Virus record (IMG/VR): IMGVR_UViG_3300012271_000010
Location: 1-64,000 of that record
Origin: a virus
Length of the DNA: 64,000 nucleotides
Reading direction: 5' to 3' (one strand)
Part shown: in pieces, positions 62,370 through 64,000 of the stretch
How the letters are laid out: every line of letters starts with the position of its first letter
Numbering within the stretch: position 1 is the first letter of the stretch
Notes under the pieces: generated by a model
What the model saw: the letters and a program-made list of their open reading frames with translations, nothing else
Told to the model about the DNA's origin: nothing
Databases searched by the model: none
Program-made: the position numbers and the translations under genes

Positions 62370-63278
62370 ATGGGCTTTCTCGATAACTCCGGCGATATTA
62401 TCCTCGACGCAGTACTAACCGACACAGGACGATTCCGACTTGCAAAGGGCGACGGTTCGTTCCGAGTCGCCAAGTTTGCGGTTGGCGATGATGAAATCGA
62501 TTATTCTAAATATAATAAGAATCATCCTAGTGGATCAGCTTTCTTTGATTTGGACGTCTTGCAGACTCCTATCTTCGAGGCTTTCACAGATAACACCGCT
62601 AATTTAAAGTCTAAATTGATTTCTATTCCGAGAACAAATCTTTTGTTTCTTCCTGTTATCAAAGTAAATGATCTTTTTGAAAAGACATCTTTGCATGCTT
62701 CTGGCGCGTTCTTTGTCGCAGTTGATAAAGATACGGAGGATGCGATCAGCGTCGTTTCAAACCAGCTTGTGGATGGGATTATGTTAGGGGAGTCATTAAA
62801 CGGTGGCACTTACATTCGCGTCGATCAAGGATTGAATACGACAGAGATAACACCCTCAGTTACTATCGACTCAGACTTGGTTGAGACCCAATTTATCGTA
62901 GAAATGGACAATAGGCTTGGGAAATTAGCAAGTCGTGTTAACGGTCGGTCTGCTAAAGTATCTTTTATTGACGACGACAATGTGGCTAGCTACTTTCTTT
63001 CTCTAGGAACAGATTTAGACTATGTCTTAGAAAATACTGAAAGAGATACAAAACCTACGCAGGTTATATCTGGTCCACGCGGCACAATTTTACAATTTAT
63101 GATTCGTTCCTCTTTGGAGCTTAACACAAGTGATTACTTGTTTGATCAGTTAGGGGGAACAACTACTATTGCTCCGAATGCTACAGCAATTCAAACTATC
63201 GACACAGTTATCAGAATTACAGGCGCAACAACTGGATATCGCTTGGATTTACCAGTTCGTTATGTTAAACTGGTCTAA
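62370..63278 (+). CDS. Putative virion structural (baseplate/tail) protein
   Basis: MGFLDNSGDIILDAVLTDTGR..LA.G...KFA.GDDEIDY. Confidence 0.6.
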   Translation: MGFLDNSGDIILDAVLTDTGRFRLAKGDGSFRVAKFAVGDDEIDYSKYNKNHPSGSAFFDLDVLQTPIFEAFTDNTANLKSKLISIPRTNLLFLPVIKVNDLFEKTSLHASGAFFVAVDKDTEDAISVVSNQLVDGIMLGESLNGGTYIRVDQGLNTTEITPSVTIDSDLVETQFIVEMDNRLGKLASRVNGRSAKVSFIDDDNVASYFLSLGTDLDYVLENTERDTKPTQVISGPRGTILQFMIRSSLELNTSDYLFDQLGGTTTIAPNATAIQTIDTVIRITGATTGYRLDLPVRYVKLV

Positions 63279-63290
63279 TAGGAGTTAATA

Positions 63291-64000
63291 ATGTCAACTG
63301 TATTTAAAACTTTCCTGAACAATGATGTAACGACAACCAGGTCGTTGCTTCATGAAGCTATCCCAATTACTGGCTCTATTGTATCGGGAACATATTCTGA
63401 TCTTAATATCAAGGATTACTCGCACGGTATATTTCAGTCTGTTTTTGATTATCCGTATCTTAGTTCTTCTGCAAATCATATTTTTGATTTAACGACTGGA
63501 TACTCTCCTTTGTCGTCGCTTTCTTCATCTGCAAATATTCAAAATGCTAAGAAGATTAATTTATATAATCAGATGGCACAGATTCTTGTAGGTCATGATA
63601 TCACCGGTGGCATTCTTCAATTTGATAACGATGGTGACTTACTCGCTGGTGGGAACAAGATTAAAGAAGCTGTCTTTATAAACTTCGCAAGACTTTTAAA
63701 TAAGGACGAGATTAAGAAAGGTTCGTTCTTTTTACAACTGGGAACAGGAAGTACTTATGCAAGTCCTTTCGTGAATGTTCTGACACTGCAAGATACTAAT
63801 GCTCAAAACGAGTTTAGAATAAACTCTCCAGCCGGTGAATACGCGCCTCTCTATACCGCTTCTTCCGGCATTATAACAGATACAGGTGTCGGATTGGTTT
63901 TTTATCAAGCTGGAATTGCAGTTGTTACAGCCTCAGTTTTTGCTGGTATAGAATTTAGTGCAAGTCTTGGATCAGATCAATTAGTAGACACTGCTTTAAC
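63291..64000 (+). CDS. Structural protein, 3'-truncated by the window edge
   Basis: AGGAG RBS; MSTVFKTFLNNDVTTTRSLLHEAIPITGS..., appears open to the window end. Confidence 0.6.
   Translation, partial: MSTVFKTFLNNDVTTTRSLLHEAIPITGSIVSGTYSDLNIKDYSHGIFQSVFDYPYLSSSANHIFDLTTGYSPLSSLSSSANIQNAKKINLYNQMAQILVGHDITGGILQFDNDGDLLAGGNKIKEAVFINFARLLNKDEIKKGSFFLQLGTGSTYASPFVNVLTLQDTNAQNEFRINSPAGEYAPLYTASSGIITDTGVGLVFYQAGIAVVTASVFAGIEFSASLGSDQLVDTAL

Noticed and set aside
33522-63479. Numerous short minus-strand ORFs in the structural region
   Set aside because: Antisense to long + strand genes; an expected by-product of codon bias
1-64000. Stop-codon reassignment
   Set aside because: Long genes are intact in the standard code and end in TAA, TAG and TGA; no clear suppressor tRNA. 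TGA, TAA and TAG here are anticodons of Ser/Leu tRNAs.

Overview
AT-rich, almost entirely +-strand segment of a large (jumbo-type, probably contractile-tailed) bacteriophage genome, read in the standard genetic code. Bases ~1-16 kb hold a tRNA array of about 25 tRNA genes plus a one-piece tmRNA. These are interspersed with small ORFs, sigma70-type promoters and accessory enzymes (patatin, SLOG, metallophosphoesterase, a nuclease-dCMP deaminase fusion, HExxH proteins, Bfd ferredoxin). Bases ~16-21 kb carry a DenV-like glycosylase, a serine protease, PIN-PhoH and a Cas4/RecB-like nuclease. Bases ~21-30.5 kb are a glycosyltransferase/methyltransferase/NDP-amino-sugar cluster. Bases ~31-64 kb carry a sigma-like gene and a baseplate/tail structural module (gp5-like protein with an M15 peptidase, gp25, gp6, FG-GAP and LamG proteins). 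The most striking signal is a set of non-canonical tRNA-derived RNAs in the array. Two tRNAs (Arg-ACG, Tyr-GTA) have a split D arm re-threaded around the anticodon arm. There is also a circularly permuted/YrlA-like tRNA, a tRNA with a ~95-nt structured D-loop insertion, a 273-nt RNA with tRNA-like 8/5 ends, an anticodon-less mini-tRNA, and several other structured ncRNA candidates. All folds were paired by eye and protein calls rest on motif recognition; no searches were run.
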